Positions 46,224 through 61,900 of a stretch of 64,000 nucleotides of DNA are shown one piece after another (the first letter of the stretch is position 1; the number at the start of each line of letters is the position of its first letter). Origin of the DNA: the human T2T-CHM13v2.0 reference genome, Homo sapiens; NCBI RefSeq assembly GCF_009914755.1, contig NC_060941.1. One strand, given 5' to 3'. The position numbers and the translations under genes are program-made. Below the pieces are notes generated by a model, which was not told the DNA's origin, ran no database searches, and was given only the letters and a program-made list of their open reading frames with translations.

Positions 46224-46435
46224 TTAATTAAAATATAAACAAAATTATGTATATGACTTAATTATTCTTTTGCCTTTCCGGATTCTTAAGGACAGATCAT
46301 GGTGAAAAACAGTTATTACAGGTAAAGTGGTGTGAATTGTTTGCTTTGAGGGTAAAGTAATTGGTCAGTTGGACAAGGTAGTCAGGTGTGCCCTGGAGGG
46401 TGGAGAGAAGTCAGCTTGGAATAAAAAATTAACTG

Positions 46436-46707
<272 letters not shown>

Positions 46708-46755
46708 TTAGGATGATGTGGACGTACACACTCTTTGCTTTAAGAAGATGTTCTT

Positions 46756-47062
<307 letters not shown>

Positions 47063-47309
47063 TCAGGAGTCTGCTAGGTATTTGAAGGACATCTGGCTTG
47101 ATAATCCTTGATAATATTTTCATACCTGTTTGTAAATCAACTATTGATATATGATGGAGAAAAATATATTCATAAACCATATCTTCCTACTTTATCTCTA
47201 ATTCACTTGGAATTTGTTTTACTTGTTTTTAGGCTTGTTTATGTATTTGGATAGTTATAAAAACCAATTACAAATATTAATGGAAATAAGGAAATTTTTA
47301 TTTCCTATT

Positions 47310-48166
47310 TCCAATATTGACACCTTGAGGTGTTTTCTGACACCAAGCAATTCTCTGACAGCAACCGTGTATCCAACAATTGAATTCATTTCTGACACTA
47401 TTTACCTGGAGTTAGCATCAGATCTCACAAGTTGAAGGGCTCAGTGCTTCAAGATTCTCCTCACTTAGGATGCTAGTCACAAATGGGGTGTTTAGGATAC
47501 TCATACTCCTGCTTGGATGACTTCAAATTTGGGGGTTCCCATTATCAAACTTGACCACAACCCCCATCAAGTTTGATAATTTGCTAGCATGTCTTATGGA
47601 ACTCAGGAAATAACTTTATTTACTGTTATTGGCTTTATTATAAAGGTTACAGCTCATGAACAGCCAAATGGAAGAGATAGGACCCTGTATAGGGCAAGGT
47701 ATTGGGAGTAAGGGGACAGGGGAATAGCGCAGAGGTTCTGTGACCTTTCCGTGCACACTATCCTTGATTCATTTACCAATCTGGAAGCTCCCCGAACCCT
47801 ATTGTTAGGGGTTTTTATGGAGGTTTTATTAGGTAGGCATGATTGATTGTATCATTGGCCATTGGACTCCGTCTCTAGTCCTTTTCACCTTCCTGGAGGT
47901 GTGTGTATGGGGGCGTGGCAGCTGAAAGTTTTAACAGTCTACTCACTTGGTTGTTTTTTTCTGGTGGCCAGCCCCTATCCTGAAGTTATATAGGGGCCCT
48001 CTGAGAGTTACCAGACTCTTGCACAAAGTCAGGTATGGTTGAAAGGGCCACATTATCGGTAACAAAAGACACTCCTGTCACTCAGGAGATTCTAAGGGTT
48101 TTCAGAGCTCTGTGCCCCAAACCTGGGACAAAGGCAAAATACAGTTATATTTTTCATTGTACTACA
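47310..48166 (-). mobile_element. MER21-family solo LTR (MER21C-like)
   Basis: CCTGGAGTTAGCATCAGATCTCACAAGTTGAAGGGCTCAGT...AACAAAAGACACTCCTGTCACTCAGGAGATTCTAAGGG. Confidence 0.75.
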
Positions 48167-48524
48167 GGTACTTCTGTAGCAAAATTACCTTGCACACAAT
48201 TGGCCCACAGCTTTGAATCTATCTGGGAAAAAGAGTGGTAATCCCATAATGGGTTGTCTACTGGATTGGTGATTTTTCTGTCGTGAAAAGGATGAACATG
48301 GTTTGTTTCCTTGGAGCAAATGGGTACTTAGGCTAGGAAGTTCTCTGCATCTTATAGCTTTCTTTATTCTAATCTACTTGCTAATGAAGTTCATATAGAA
48401 TTGAAGTGCAGAAGAGTTAATTACTTATGACTTATGACCAGTCTGGCTTTCTTGTATAGTTAATAACATTATTACTTATAACATTATAAACTTGCCAAGA
48501 AGGAGAAGTCAGATCTGATTGTTT

Positions 48525-49015
48525 TGATGTAAGGAAAAACTCAAACTTTTTTCCTCTGCTTTCACACCATACAACAATCAACATAGAAGACTTTGTGACC
48601 AAATATGGGGGATTTCTCCCCACTAGCAAACAAATAATCACTTCTGCAGCACATACCAGCTGGGTGTCCTCCAGTTCAATTATCACACAGCTTACCTGGA
48701 GATAGTGTCAGATCCCACCGGTTGAGGGCTCAGTCCCACAAGGCTGCCCCTGCTTCAGATACCAGTTGTTAAGTCTGGGCCTTCAGAACTTCTGACTGTC
48801 CGGCTCCCAGTTGGGTTTCCCACAACCCTCCTTTGGGGTTAATTAATTTGCTGGTCTTTCTGGTCACCAGCCCTCATCCTGAAGCTAGGTGCTGCCAGTC
48901 ATCAGTCAACTCATTAGCATCCAAAAAATACATCACCTTGGAAATTCCAAGAATTTAAGGAGTTGTGTGCCAGGAAATGGGGACAAAACCAAAAATATAT
49001 ATTTCTCAATACCAT
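48525..49015 (-). mobile_element. Second MER21-family LTR (MER21B-like), internally deleted
   Basis: CCTGGAGATAGTGTCAGATCCCACCGGTTGAGGGCTCAGTCCCACAAG...GAAATTCCAAG..AGGAGTTGTGTGCCAGGAAA. Confidence 0.75.
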
Positions 49016-51319
49016 ATTTGGTAGCTCCTCAATTTGTGTGCTGTTGTGAGTACTTACGTGTCAGCTGAAATATGGATCCCCTTAGCCCTGTGGCCTGGGG
49101 CCACTCACTAGAGCTCTGTGTCATTGTCCTTGAGTCAAGAACAGACTTATATTTCTTTCATTGTGTTGTACACATTTTTTTTTTCATATGCACATATAAA
49201 AAAGGTTTGGAAGCACTGATTGAAAAAATATTGATGTTATAGTTATAAAATATGGTTAATGTTTTTATTTCACTTATAGGTGGTGAACAGTTGTTAAAAT
49301 AGGGTGGTGATAGGATGTCATGGCATTTACCAAGCAGGAAAAATAAATGTGATGTAAGACCTGTGTGCACGTGGTTCCTTGCTAGGGTTCAAGCAAGCTG
49401 TTCTTCAGAGAGTATCTGATATGTGCTTCTGTCTGTACAGTGAGGTCAGACTAGAAGCCACTCCGTGGGCTCTGGGATATAGATGGAAATCAGAACAAGC
49501 CTTATGACTTTTCTTGACATAGCTTTCATAAGTTTGCATATTCTATTCCTTATTCCATTAGTAAGATTGCTACTAAAAAAATAAGCATCAGTTATGTGGA
49601 TGGTTTTCCAGAAATCTGAGTATCTTGTTCTTGGTACATTGTGAGACAGTAACTTAAAACTTTGGGGTGCTCATGAGGAGCTTAATTAGAATATTGAGTT
49701 GGATTAGGAGGCAGAGGTTATCAAAGTGGCCTGTGTATTGCAAAGTAAGAGACCACTGTTGACTGTTGTACATAGAAAATTTTGTTGGGGTTGATCAATT
49801 TGGGTTTGTGTCTCACTTGTCTTCATGGGATTTCTGTTGATATACTCACAAGTTCGAGGCTTAAAAACACAAATGCCCTTTGGATTTGCCAGAGATTTAG
49901 GCATCACATGGATTTAAAAATGGTCTGAGCACCTGGATAAAATGCTGAGTACCTTTACTGACTCTTGCTATGCTGCAAATGTTTCCTCTTCCTGGCTAGA
50001 ACTCTCAGCACATGTATAGCAATAGTGTTTCTGTGTGAATGGAATCAGTGCAGGTATGTAGCAGATTAGGCCGTTCTTATTAAGGACTGTGAAAGATGAT
50101 GGTATGAGAGAACTCTTTAAATGAGCTAGGGACAAATTAAGGATTCAGAGAACTATTAACACATTCTCTTCTCCCCTGAACCAAAGGTGGAGATAACTGG
50201 CTGCCTCCTTTTGGGTATCCATTTGGAACCTTCTCAGAGTGGTTGTGTAATTGTGAAATTCCAACTCTTAGGTTCCCATGAAGTCTACTTGCAAAATCAT
50301 TGGAACATGGAATTGGGGTTCGGGGGGTTATTTCGGATAAGCTTTTTATATTTTGTTGGTGATTAAAATGTTGTTAAATTTAGCAACATTTTAAACTACA
50401 GTAGGGCCTTCTTTGATTAGCTGGCTCCCTGGGTAATTTTTATGGGGTTGGACTAATCATGACTTGGCCAGAGAGATTTTCAATTTAGCCTGTGGAATTA
50501 TATATTTGCTTGTTGGTAGTAGACATCTGGCTCAGAGTCTGATAGAAAGTGTTGCTGTTATTGGCTTTAAGTGATAGCTCAAAGGTGTGGCTGGCTGTGG
50601 AATCCCATAATGATGGCACTGTGCTTAATTGATGTGAAATAACTGGAGATCAGAGAGGGGCTATTATAATCAATGGCATTGGTGGTTAGCTGAATCAGAG
50701 AATGGATGAATCAGTTATGAGTTTCTGTTAATAGGTTTAAAAGGAATTTAGGGTGTTTTGGGAGCTGCATTCCATGAAGCTTCATAAACCCCTTATTTTA
50801 TTATAACTGAAATGAGTTAAATTTTTTTTTTCCTTGTTAGATGAGCAGCTTGGAAGCGAGTTTTGGGCTTTTAAGCCTTCCAACTCTCCCTGAAGGCTTT
50901 TGTTAACCAAAGAAGGACTCCATACATAGTAAGAGGTAGTCTACAAGTAGAATGCTGCTTTTGCCTTTGTCTGGTGTTCTAAGAATCTGATAGGAGCTGT
51001 TAAGCCTTTTGTTGTCAAAGCAGTACCCTTTCAGGAACTGATAGAGGAGTGACATAATCCTTGGTATTCTGGGTTAAATTTTTTTTTTCTACCCAAGAAA
51101 AGGACTATGAATCTTTTGCCAGAGGTCGGAAATGCTGAGGGTGAATTATTTTGTTTTTTTTTTCCTTGACAGCAGAGCCTCTGAGGCCCGATCCTGTCAG
51201 ATGAGGAAAATGTTTAATATTTAGGAATCATGGCTGTTAGTAATCTACTTTTACCCTGGTTTAGGACTTGGCCATCATAAATGTAGACAGTTATCATAAT
51301 TGATAATAAAGCTGGAATG

Positions 51320-51500
51320 AGTGACTATCTAGCTGACTCTGTTATGCATAGTAATGCCTTTACTCCTCACAGTGCCCCTATGGGGAAGGTAATATTAATC
51401 CCATTTGGCAGGTATGGCGCTAAGGCAGAGAGGTGAAGTCATTTACCCAAGAGATATTATATAGCTAGTAAGTAGCAGAGTTGAGCTTCAAAACTAGGCC
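51320..51500 (-). mobile_element. MIR
   Basis: TCCTCACAGTGCCCCTATG...CCCATTTGGCAG...GGCAGAGAGGTGAAGTCATTTACCCAAG. Confidence 0.65.
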
Positions 51501-51966
51501 GATTGGCACTGCTAGTCTATATTGATTTCCCTGGTTTCTAGTTTAATAGAATTAGGAAGGATCCTGGATTAGGATAGGAATAAGATTTTTATGGGAAAGT
51601 GGTTTTAAACACATTTACAAAGCAAGCTGAATTCTTTGTTGCTAATATATTTTGTTGGTTTAAACGCTATCAAACAAACATTTTCCAGTTTTCTTCTCTA
51701 GAGAATTTAATACTTTCTCAATTAGGTTTTAATATGTACTTATAACTAATATCATAGTAGTTACCACTTTTCATGTCTACTGTTTGCCACTATTATAGCA
51801 TATTTAAGATATATTAATCCTTATCACAACAGTACTGCCAAGTAGCAGACTGTTTTTATCCTGGTTTCACAGATGTGTAGTGTACTAGACCACAGAAATA
51901 TTCTTGTTTGTATCTTGATTAGTGTTCCAGTGGTATTTATTAGTATTTTCAGTGGTGATCATTTGA

Positions 51967-52170
<204 letters not shown>

Positions 52171-52619
52171 TAATTTTTTGGCAGAATGCCCAACGAAACA
52201 GTCTTTGTGGAGGGGTCAGCTACCTTATCTATTGTTCATCTCCACTGCCTGGCATATAACTTGTTTGTAATTGTGGTATTTCTGCACTTGTTGTTGTGTA
52301 AATTATTATATTGGGCTTTCTAAAAATCCATTTTACACACAAAAGTGTAAAATGTGCTAAAAGTTGCTGTTGGGATATTTACTTGATTTCTTAAACTCAG
52401 AACCATCTAGTTTCCAAAATGCTTAGCTGTGTGGATGAACAACAGTGCTTTATTGATGAGAGTTCAAAGTTCTGAGTGAGATTTTATGAACTTTTTAGTA
52501 ATTGCTCACTCTTATGTATCAAAGATTGCCAGTGGGGGGAGATAGGGGCAATATAATATTAGCTGATAGCAGCTCACTTAATACATGGATATATGGAATA
52601 CCTGATATTGCGAGTCTAA

Positions 52620-52946
<327 letters not shown>

Positions 52947-53489
52947 TAACATCTCTTTTTCTTTTGAGCTTATGAAATATTAGGTCTCTCATTACCGTAG
53001 TAATTTAGGGAGAAAAGAGAATGAAAGTAAGTTCTTTACTACCACTTTATTTCCTCATTTCTGAAATTGTTTGACTGTAAAGTTGCATAGTTGGAATTGT
53101 GGGTTACTCATTTCATAACCAGTGATTGCAGATAATTAAAAAATTATTCCAGGTAATCTTTCTGTTTTGAAAATGAGGTAGTAACAATGAGAGCCAAGGA
53201 AGAAATGAGAATTTAAATGACAGCTCCCCTCTCTGCGATGTGATGTTCTGAATACTTGTAAGTCAAATACCAATATTCTTGAAGGTATTCTATGAATGAC
53301 TTGTACACTGCAGTTCCAGGTTTCTCTTTATTGTGTGGTGGTTCTAGGGAATACCCTGTGGTGTCAATGGGTGTTCCCTAAAAGGGATTGATTCAGATTG
53401 CTTTTTGATTATTCCTTCCTGGCTCCTTTCGCATGTGAGTAGTTGACTTGAAAGAGCAACTGTTTAATTTTTATGATTCTTTTCATTAG

Positions 53490-53880
53490 TTGGGTGGTAG
53501 TTCTGTCTCACCTGAGCTTGCTTATATGTATTTAGTAGGTCTATTAGGAAGACTGGGACTGCTGGGCCTTTTGTTCCATGTGGTCTTTCATCAAGGAGAA
53601 TAGACTGAGCTGCTTCACATTCAAACTCAGGGTAGCTTTCCAGGAGGGCAAAAGTGGAAGCTGCAAGGCCTCATAAAGGGCTTAGATTTGGAAGTCATAC
53701 AGTATTCCTTCTGCTATAGTATTGTGGTTAAATCAAGCCCCAAGGCCAGCCCAGATTCAAAAGGTAGGGAAATAGACCTCACCTATTTATGGAAGGAGCA
53801 GCAAGGTCCCTTTGCAGATGGGTATGGACTCAGGGAGCTGTGGTTCCTTGGTGGTTATTTTTGTGACAATCTACCAAATA
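53490..53880 (-). mobile_element. Old MLT1-type MaLR LTR relic
   Basis: GGAAGCTGCAAGGCCTC...CACCTA; CAAGGCCAGCCCAGATTCAA motif. Confidence 0.55.
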
Positions 53881-56800
53881 ACCTACAGTGAACTCAGCAT
53901 TATATCAAAAAGGTTATACTCTAGAGGCAGCTATTGTAGATCCTTCAGTGGTCTTCATTACCATGAACAATGAAGTACTTTGCTGTTACTACAACAGATG
54001 TTAAACAAGGGCTATCAAATATGGTGATATCAGTGGAGTTGAAGATATGCAGATTGGCTAAAATGTTGTAGAGACGGTTTCCATTCTTACAGGCTGGGTG
54101 GGAGGATTCTAGTGATTGTAGTTCTCTGATTCTGACCATACAGGTAACAGAATCTTGCTTTCCTGTGATATAATGAAACAAAACAAGCCCATTAGATGGC
54201 GGCAGGGGGCAGGGGGCAGTGAAATGTTGATAAGAAAAACAATCTACTAATAATTCTAATTTAATAAATATTTGTTGAACTGCTGTTTTGTCTGAGGTAC
54301 TGTTATAGGTGATTTGCAGAGTTCAAAGATAAATCAAGATAGTTAAAAATTTAAAGCAGAAAATTGTTTACAATTTTTTGATGGAAACAGACTTGAGGAT
54401 GAGAGGATGGTAAGGTGAGCCCAGTGTAAAGTGTTTCTTCCTGAGGGACATACTGATGTTTTTGGAAACTAAATAATGCTGGCTCTTAATAGAGGAACTG
54501 ACACCTTTTGCTGTTCTATAAAATGTGAAGGAGAGATGCTTTTGGTAACCTAGATTGCAGAGATTCCATAGATTTTGTATTGAGTAGTGGACTCTCAACT
54601 GCCCGTGTTGAGGTTTTTGGCCAAGATCGAAGCAAACTATATGCTCAGCTTAGCTGGTTGTGGAAAGCAATGTTAAAAAGGTTTGTATTGCTTGAGAAGT
54701 TAGTGGAGGGAGAATATTCAGGGCTCTTTATCATCTTGTTTTTAAAGCTAAATAAACCTGGAAGGTGTCTTCCCTCCAACTTCAATATTCTGTGAGTCAG
54801 TGAGTTGCTCACAACTAGACAAAGGGTATTCCTAGGCCTCAGTGAATGTGGATACACTTGACCAATCCCTTTCTTCAGGATTACAGTTCTTAATATTCTT
54901 GATGATTCCATGTTTGGGAGTGCTTTTCTCATGAGAAATTTGAGGAAGACACTGTGTGCCGATGCTGTGAAAAGCTTGTTTGAAAGGTGCTGGCTGTTCT
55001 CTTAAGGCAGAGTTTTGAAACCAGAATTTCAAGGATGATTCTGACAGATTGTTGCCCTCAGCCTTGGAGTGGCTGAGTGGGGACAGGACTGCTCAATGCC
55101 TAGGCCAGCCTCTGGGCCAGCTGCAATTCTAATTTTCCCAGCATGTTGAACAAATATTCTCATCTTTTAAACAAGCCATTGCATGAAAAAAGTAGGCAGT
55201 ATTGCTTTGAGGGGTGGAACAGTGCTTTGGAAGTGTGATGAGGACAGGTACTGTTCCTAAGTCAGGGTTCTTGGTTGCAAACAACAAAGATTTACTCCAG
55301 CCAATAACCATATAGGCTTAAGTTGTCTGAGGCTGTCCATGTCAACTTTATTCCCAAATCAATAAACATTTGGAAGTGTTTTCTGTATCAGGCACAGAGC
55401 TAAGGTTTTAGGTATACAGAGAATCTCTCGCAGGAAACCGCTTCTGTATAAATATTTTAGGATGTTTGATGCCTCGTTTCTCTCCTGCTATAGTTAAAGG
55501 GACAATGTTTATCTGTGTTGACTGGTTAGAAATTGATGATATGACAGTCCCACCAAAGGGGTTATTATAATCACAAATTCATAATGTTTTTGATCAGTTA
55601 TTTTAAACCCTGTTGTACAAATATTTCAATCTTTGTTAGCATCTAAAAATCTTCACAGGTCATTTATAGTATCACGTCCCTCCTTTCTCCCTGTGAAAGT
55701 TGTTTCAAGTTTTTGAAAAAAATTCATATTAATGTCCTATTTGCTTGTAATTTTTTGTCATTAAAAATATCTGAATACATGGTGACAGATTGCCTTTCGG
55801 TTTTGATTTTTTTGAGGGACCCTTGAAAAAGAAGTAAAGGAGAGAAGGACCCAGCCCCAGTAGAGGCTCTAGTACTTAGAGAAAGTGAATGGGAGAGGAG
55901 AAGATGCCTTTTTTTAAAAAAAAAAAAGCTCATGCCTCCAGGTAGCCAGAAACAGCTTCTCCTGAGTATTGTAAAAGCTATTTTTCTACTTTTCTTGAAT
56001 CTCACCTTCGGTTGACATTTTGGGGCCTTCCTTTTCCTCCTCAAAACTGCCTTTCAAGTTCATCTTAAACTGATCAGCATTTGAAGAGTTGGGGTACACA
56101 GATGAGACCCAGCAAGGTAACTTGATCATGTGCTAAGCTCGTTGGCACTTGTTTTAGGCTTTGAGTGATCTTTGCTTGGAAAGGCTTCGAAACCTACAGA
56201 ATTACTTAGTGTGTTTTGTTAGTAAATGATCAGAATATAAATTTGGACTTTTTCAAGATAATTGCAGATGTCTCTGAAGTGTAGAGTGTGTTTAAATCTA
56301 ATTTATGTAACTTAAATCACATTCTCTTCATCATGGTGTACGTTTATGAAGTTAATGGCCTTTAAAGCTTTCAATTTAGTTTTTATTTAAATGTGAATGC
56401 AATGCTGAAAAAAATCTCTCTGTGTATTCAGTATAAATACTTATATTCAAGAAAACAGTTTAAGTTTTAACTGTTGTAATATATTTTATTGTTTATCTGG
56501 TAAGGTTAGCTACTATTCCGTCAAATTGGGCTTTCTAAGAAAGGACCAATTTTTGTTTTTCTTTGGATAGTTTTCACAATAGTTCTTTGTTCTGTCCTTG
56601 TCTTGCATTTTATCTTAGTCTTATATTAATTTTTCTTCACACGGAGGTAATGGATGATGTGCCAGATGGTTTCAAACACAGACTACATGACATATGCTCA
56701 GTTTTTGATTTGAGGAGTTTGTAAAGATTTTCTTCAAATTGTGATAGCAAAGTTCCTTAACTTAATTTTTTCTGTAAACGATTTGCCATATTAAGGTAAT

Positions 56801-58878
56801 TAATAGGTTCAAGTTCCAGAGATTAGGAGCTTAGTATCTTTGGGGACCACCATTCAGCCCATTACAGTCTGTTTTCTGGGCCCCAAATATTCATATCCTT
56901 CCCATGTGCAAAATACATTTACCCTACCCCAGCGTCTCCAAAATTTTGACTCATTACAGTATTAACTCAAATGTAAATCTCACCTAAATATTACCAGCTC
57001 AAAAATCCCAAATCCCATTATGAAAATCATTTAAATCAGGCATGGGTAAAACTCTGAGTATTATCCAGGGCAAATTCCATTTGGTTTCAAGACCCGGGAG
57101 TAATCCTCTATCTTTAAATATTTTCTAAAGAAAAATTCTCAAGAAGTAAAAGAGCATATTTACTAAAAAAACCTTTTTTTTTGTATATTGCTGAACCTCT
57201 CACAGAAAGTTTTTCTACCAGCAATATATCTTATTAGTGATTCTTCTACCTAGCCATTCTGATCATCATGTTATCATTATGTATATATAATATAAAACCT
57301 TCAAACTTTGCCATTTTCATATGAACAAAAGCTTAAAATGTTTTTGGTGTTAGTGTCTTTTTATATTTTCCCTTGATTTGTCTTTACTGCTCATATTCTT
57401 ATCACTTTTTTTCTATTTTTCTTGATTTCTATGATGTCTTTATATATTTAGAGCTACTGATTTTTGTATTGCAAGAGTTTTCCCAAGGTTCAATTTTTTT
57501 TTAGTTTTGTTTTTTGGTAATATACTGAGGGTTTTTGTTTTTTTTTTAAATACAGTCATATCTGCTATGTTTCCTAGTGTACCCTTTGCACATGTTGTTT
57601 GAATGTCCTTCCTCTACATTATGTGGAAAAGTCATACTGTACTAACCTTATTTCTGAAAATGGATGTGTTTGGTCTTCGTGGGAATTCACATGATCTGGT
57701 AGAAAGGAGGCTTATCTTTGAAAGCAGATCTAGGGGCCGTGGCAAGGAGCTCTGTGCTCTTGTCTCTTTGCCATCTTCTCCATCCAGTGTGGCTCCGTCA
57801 GATTTTCAGATCTCACATTTACAGTTTGAACCCTCTATTAAATCCTCATCCACTGAGGTCAGAAAGTGTTTGGATTGCAGAGATATTTTTTGAGTAGTTA
57901 ATTGTATAATAAACTCTAGAGAGTGAGTTCAGGAAAAAGTGTCTCTAAGGTGAATGTGAAACCAAGATATGCTGCAAATGCTTAAAAAATTCAGTTCTGT
58001 TACAAGGTATCCTTTTAAGTCCTAAAGAAATGATTCTGTAAGACTTATTGATATAGAAAGAAATGTTAGTGAATAAAGCATTTTACAAAGCATTTTCATG
58101 GTCTGATTTCAATTGTAGTGAAAAAATACATGTCCCTATCTATGTATAGAAAAAAGTCTGCAGTAGTTAGTAAACTGATTATTTTGAGATACTTGGATTG
58201 ATAAGTTTATGTAAAATTTTAACCCTATGTATTGTATAGGTGTATATGTAACATTTTTAATATATTTGATCTTTTTTTGCATTTTCTGCCCTTCTACCAT
58301 GGTGGTTTTACTTGGGTAATAAAAAACATTGGTATCTCTTCCCTTCCTACCCTAAAGAAACAGCTTCATGGAAATAATTATTTAGAATACTTGTATTACT
58401 AACTTGAAGTTTACTCTACCGTAATGTTTTTAGCAAATTTTTCAGATTCTTCACTCTGTTGTTTATATTCATTAAAATGAGGGAAAACGATATTTATTAA
58501 ACTGAGGGCATTAAGTATAACACTGAACAGATGGTAATATTTTTAGAATTTTTCAGTATATCTACTGAGATAATTGATTTTTATAATAGTATTTTCACTT
58601 GCAAAAGTATTAACTTCCCTGAATAATGGAAACTTGAAGTGATAGCATTCTATCTATTGTATCATAGCCTAGTGAATGATTTGTAGTTAGTAACAACTTT
58701 AGATTATTTTATTTTTTCTTAGTTTGAGAAATTCCTCATTGCCTTTCAAAATATTGTCCTATATTAACTGTTTGTTAAAGCAAGTTCTCTTGCCTTTTGG
58801 TGTGACTTTCTTATGCCCTCAGAATAGTACCTGTTTTGTAGTACTTGAAACTTTTACTTTTTATTTGTTATTTCTCAG

Positions 58879-58981
58879 GTAAACGCAAAGCACTGAAGTT
58901 GAATTTTGCAAATCCACCTTTCAAATCTACAGCAAGGTTTACTCTGAATCCCAATCCTACAGGAGTTCAAAACCCACACAT
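58879..58981 (+). CDS. MAP2K4: MAP2K4 coding exon 2 (103 nt), carrying the JNK/p38 docking D-site
   Basis: Acceptor TTATTTCTCAG|, donor CAT|GTGAGT; in frame with exon 1: (G)KRKALKLNFANPPFKSTARFTLNPNPTGVQNPH(I). Confidence 0.98.
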
Positions 58982-61900
58982 GTGAGTATTCTTGGTAATC
59001 AAAGGCTCAACTCAAGCAAAGATTTTAAAGTTACTGTATTTTATGAATTTTTCCAATTATGAGATGTCAGTATAATTTCTCTGACTAAACTCTCTGGGAA
59101 TATTGTTTATTCTTTTCCTTCTGGAGTTCCAGTTAAATTGCAAGTTGCATTTAGGAAATTTGACTGTCTTCTGTCCAACTGTACAAATTTTCACCACTTA
59201 GTGACAAAATAGAGTCCCATCTTAATAAGCTAGATTCCTGCAAGATTTCTATGTCATAGTAAATTGAAAGAGTTGTGTACATGTGAGTGTACACATATCA
59301 GTGGTTATTTCATTTACTGAATTTTTAAACAATAGAAATGATATTGTAGCATCTTAGTGAAAATATTAGAGCATCTTAGTTAACATAAAGCAATACCTTC
59401 AGAACAATATTTTACATTAACCTTCAATTGAATTTAAGTGATGTGAAATATTAAAAAACCTCTTCTTATTTCCCATCCTAACCTATCATGAAAATGAAGG
59501 CCAGTGGCTGTACTTTTATAACCATGTCCATAAAAATAATTTTGAGCTAGTTTCGATGTTGAGAACTATAAAGCAAGTGGTGTAAGGTATGATTAAAAAG
59601 CTGGCAGATACATTTTTTTTTAAGTAATTTCTCAACAATTTGCATCTAGATCTTATTAGGCTTAAAATACATTTATTCTTCCCAAAGAGGCACTTTTATT
59701 GCTATTTTCTCTTCTTTCAGAATTTGGTATGCATTGTATTTACAAACAGTAACAAATTGGTAGAAGGTAGTGTCTTGCAAAAGAGATGCTTAAAATATTT
59801 TTAAAACAGCAATGTCTAGAAGGGAGTAGTTTCACTTGTAGCCTTAGAGGGAATGAAAGATATTTTAAATAAAAAGTGTAGTAACAATTTATTTTTCTCA
59901 ATTGTCTATTAATTTTATTAGACTGGTGTTCATAATCACACTTCTTGTCAGAGCTCAGCCTAGAGTCCCACTCTTTTTACCTTCTCTGAAACATCAAGTA
60001 GGGGCTATCTTGAGGAAGGAAACTTAGTACTTATTAATTAGTCAGAATTTCAGCAGCAAGGAAACAATTCTTAAAAGAACCTCCTTCCTTATTTCTTAGA
60101 ATTTGTAGTGAAAGCTAGTGCAAAACTAATTCTTTAACATAGCCCCCTTCTGTTACCTTAGTTACTAGCTGAACCATATGTTGGAAGTCTAAGAAGGAAA
60201 GGATATAGCAGTAATCACCAAACTTATCAGATCTTTCTTTTTTAAAAGCCTTTTTGGACAAGGAGAAAGACAACCTGACTTAAATTAAAACTGGAAAAAC
60301 ATTCATCTATTTGTACTGTCTTCCCTCTGGAGTTTCTTTATGTATGTGGAATTCATGGAGCAAAATTTTTTAAAAAATAGTAAACACAGGGTGGAAAAAA
60401 ACTTTCTTCCAAAGTTGAGTTCAGGTTTTATTTTTTGTTTTGTTCTTAACTAATGTTTTATAATAAACCTATAGCCAGCTAGATTTCTCATTCTTTGTTT
60501 CTTCCCAGCAAGTATTTAAAATTTGAAAGGACATGGTAATAGGTAGTTTTACCTTATGATAGAATCTTTAGAGCTTGATTCTGGTATGTAAAAATTTTAG
60601 ACCCAGACTTTGTTGTAAGTTTTTTATTGTACAGGTCAATTGTTCTGGGTTAGGAATAGGTAACTACTAGCATTGTTACTGGTCAGAGATAACTGTTTTA
60701 TTACTTAGAACAACATTATCTCCTCTACCTTCCCAGCCCCTTCCAAAAGGTATCCTTTTGTACTCTTCCTCTGAGTTGTTTGCCATCAAGCACTAAAAAC
60801 AGTTGTTAGTTTCTGTTTAGGATGAGTACTTGCAATTAGAAAAACATAACTTGTAGTTTGTGGGAGTTTTGAAATAAGATATCTCTTAACATTTATATGT
60901 TTTTTCTCCTAAAATTTCCTTGAACTTTAATAATTACAGATGTGAATATAAAACTTGTTCATGAATTTAGGAAAAGATAAGATGAAATAAGCAAGCTAAT
61001 GAAGTTAAGATATGTCACAGGATCTGGTTTCAGATCTCCTTGGCATTTGATGTCTCCTGGATGCAGGATCCTTTGCAAGATTAAAAAAAAAATTGTAAGA
61101 CAGTGTTCTTTTTTTCTGAGAACCAACAGTTTAAATAAAATTCCAAGAAATGACAATTGGCTGTCGTAATTTTAGTAAGGCATAAGGTAATATGGATTGA
61201 ATGTCAAATTAAAGGTGTACAAGGGGTAAATCATTTTAGAAAACCTACTTGATTAAATGCTTCCCAGAAGAACAAGATTTTACTGGATTTTGAAAGACAG
61301 GCAGGGAAGGTTGAGTGAAGAAGACAAGGGACAGTGGCATTCTGGTGAGCGTATGCACAAGAGAAGTTTTGGGAACCATGTGTAGATCTGTTTAATTGTA
61401 GCAGGGATGTTATTTATAGATTACCTATTTCTCTCTCTCACTGGAATCTTTTAGCCTGTTTTCTTTATTCTTGATATTCTGTAATTATATGAGGATAAGC
61501 CTCAAATTGCATCATCTTCCCATGTATCAGATTAACCCTTTTAGTTTCAAGATTCATGTATCTCTTTTTCTGGGAAAATTGCTGCTGCTTTCCTTTTGAT
61601 ACATTTCCTTCATGTTTTTCCTATCATCTTCTCCTGAAACTTGTGTTACTAGGATGTTGGACTGCCTATATCCCCTGTATCCTAGACTCTAAAAAAAAAT
61701 GTGTTCCGTCTCATTGTTTTCTTACTCTGTATCCTGGGAGATTTTCTTTATTTTCCATCCCCTAAATGGAATCTTGGCAATCAGTTTTAATTTCCAAGAG
61801 TTGATTGTGGCATTTTCTTAGGATTCTATTCTTAATTTTGGATACAAAATAGGGAATTTAAAAATTCTTTTCTGTTGTTTGAATTATTGATTTCCTCAAG

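Noticed and set aside
52329-52354. 10-bp stem hairpin CATTTTACAC-N6-GTGTAAAATG
   Set aside because: AT-rich, too short for a pre-miRNA and within chance expectation
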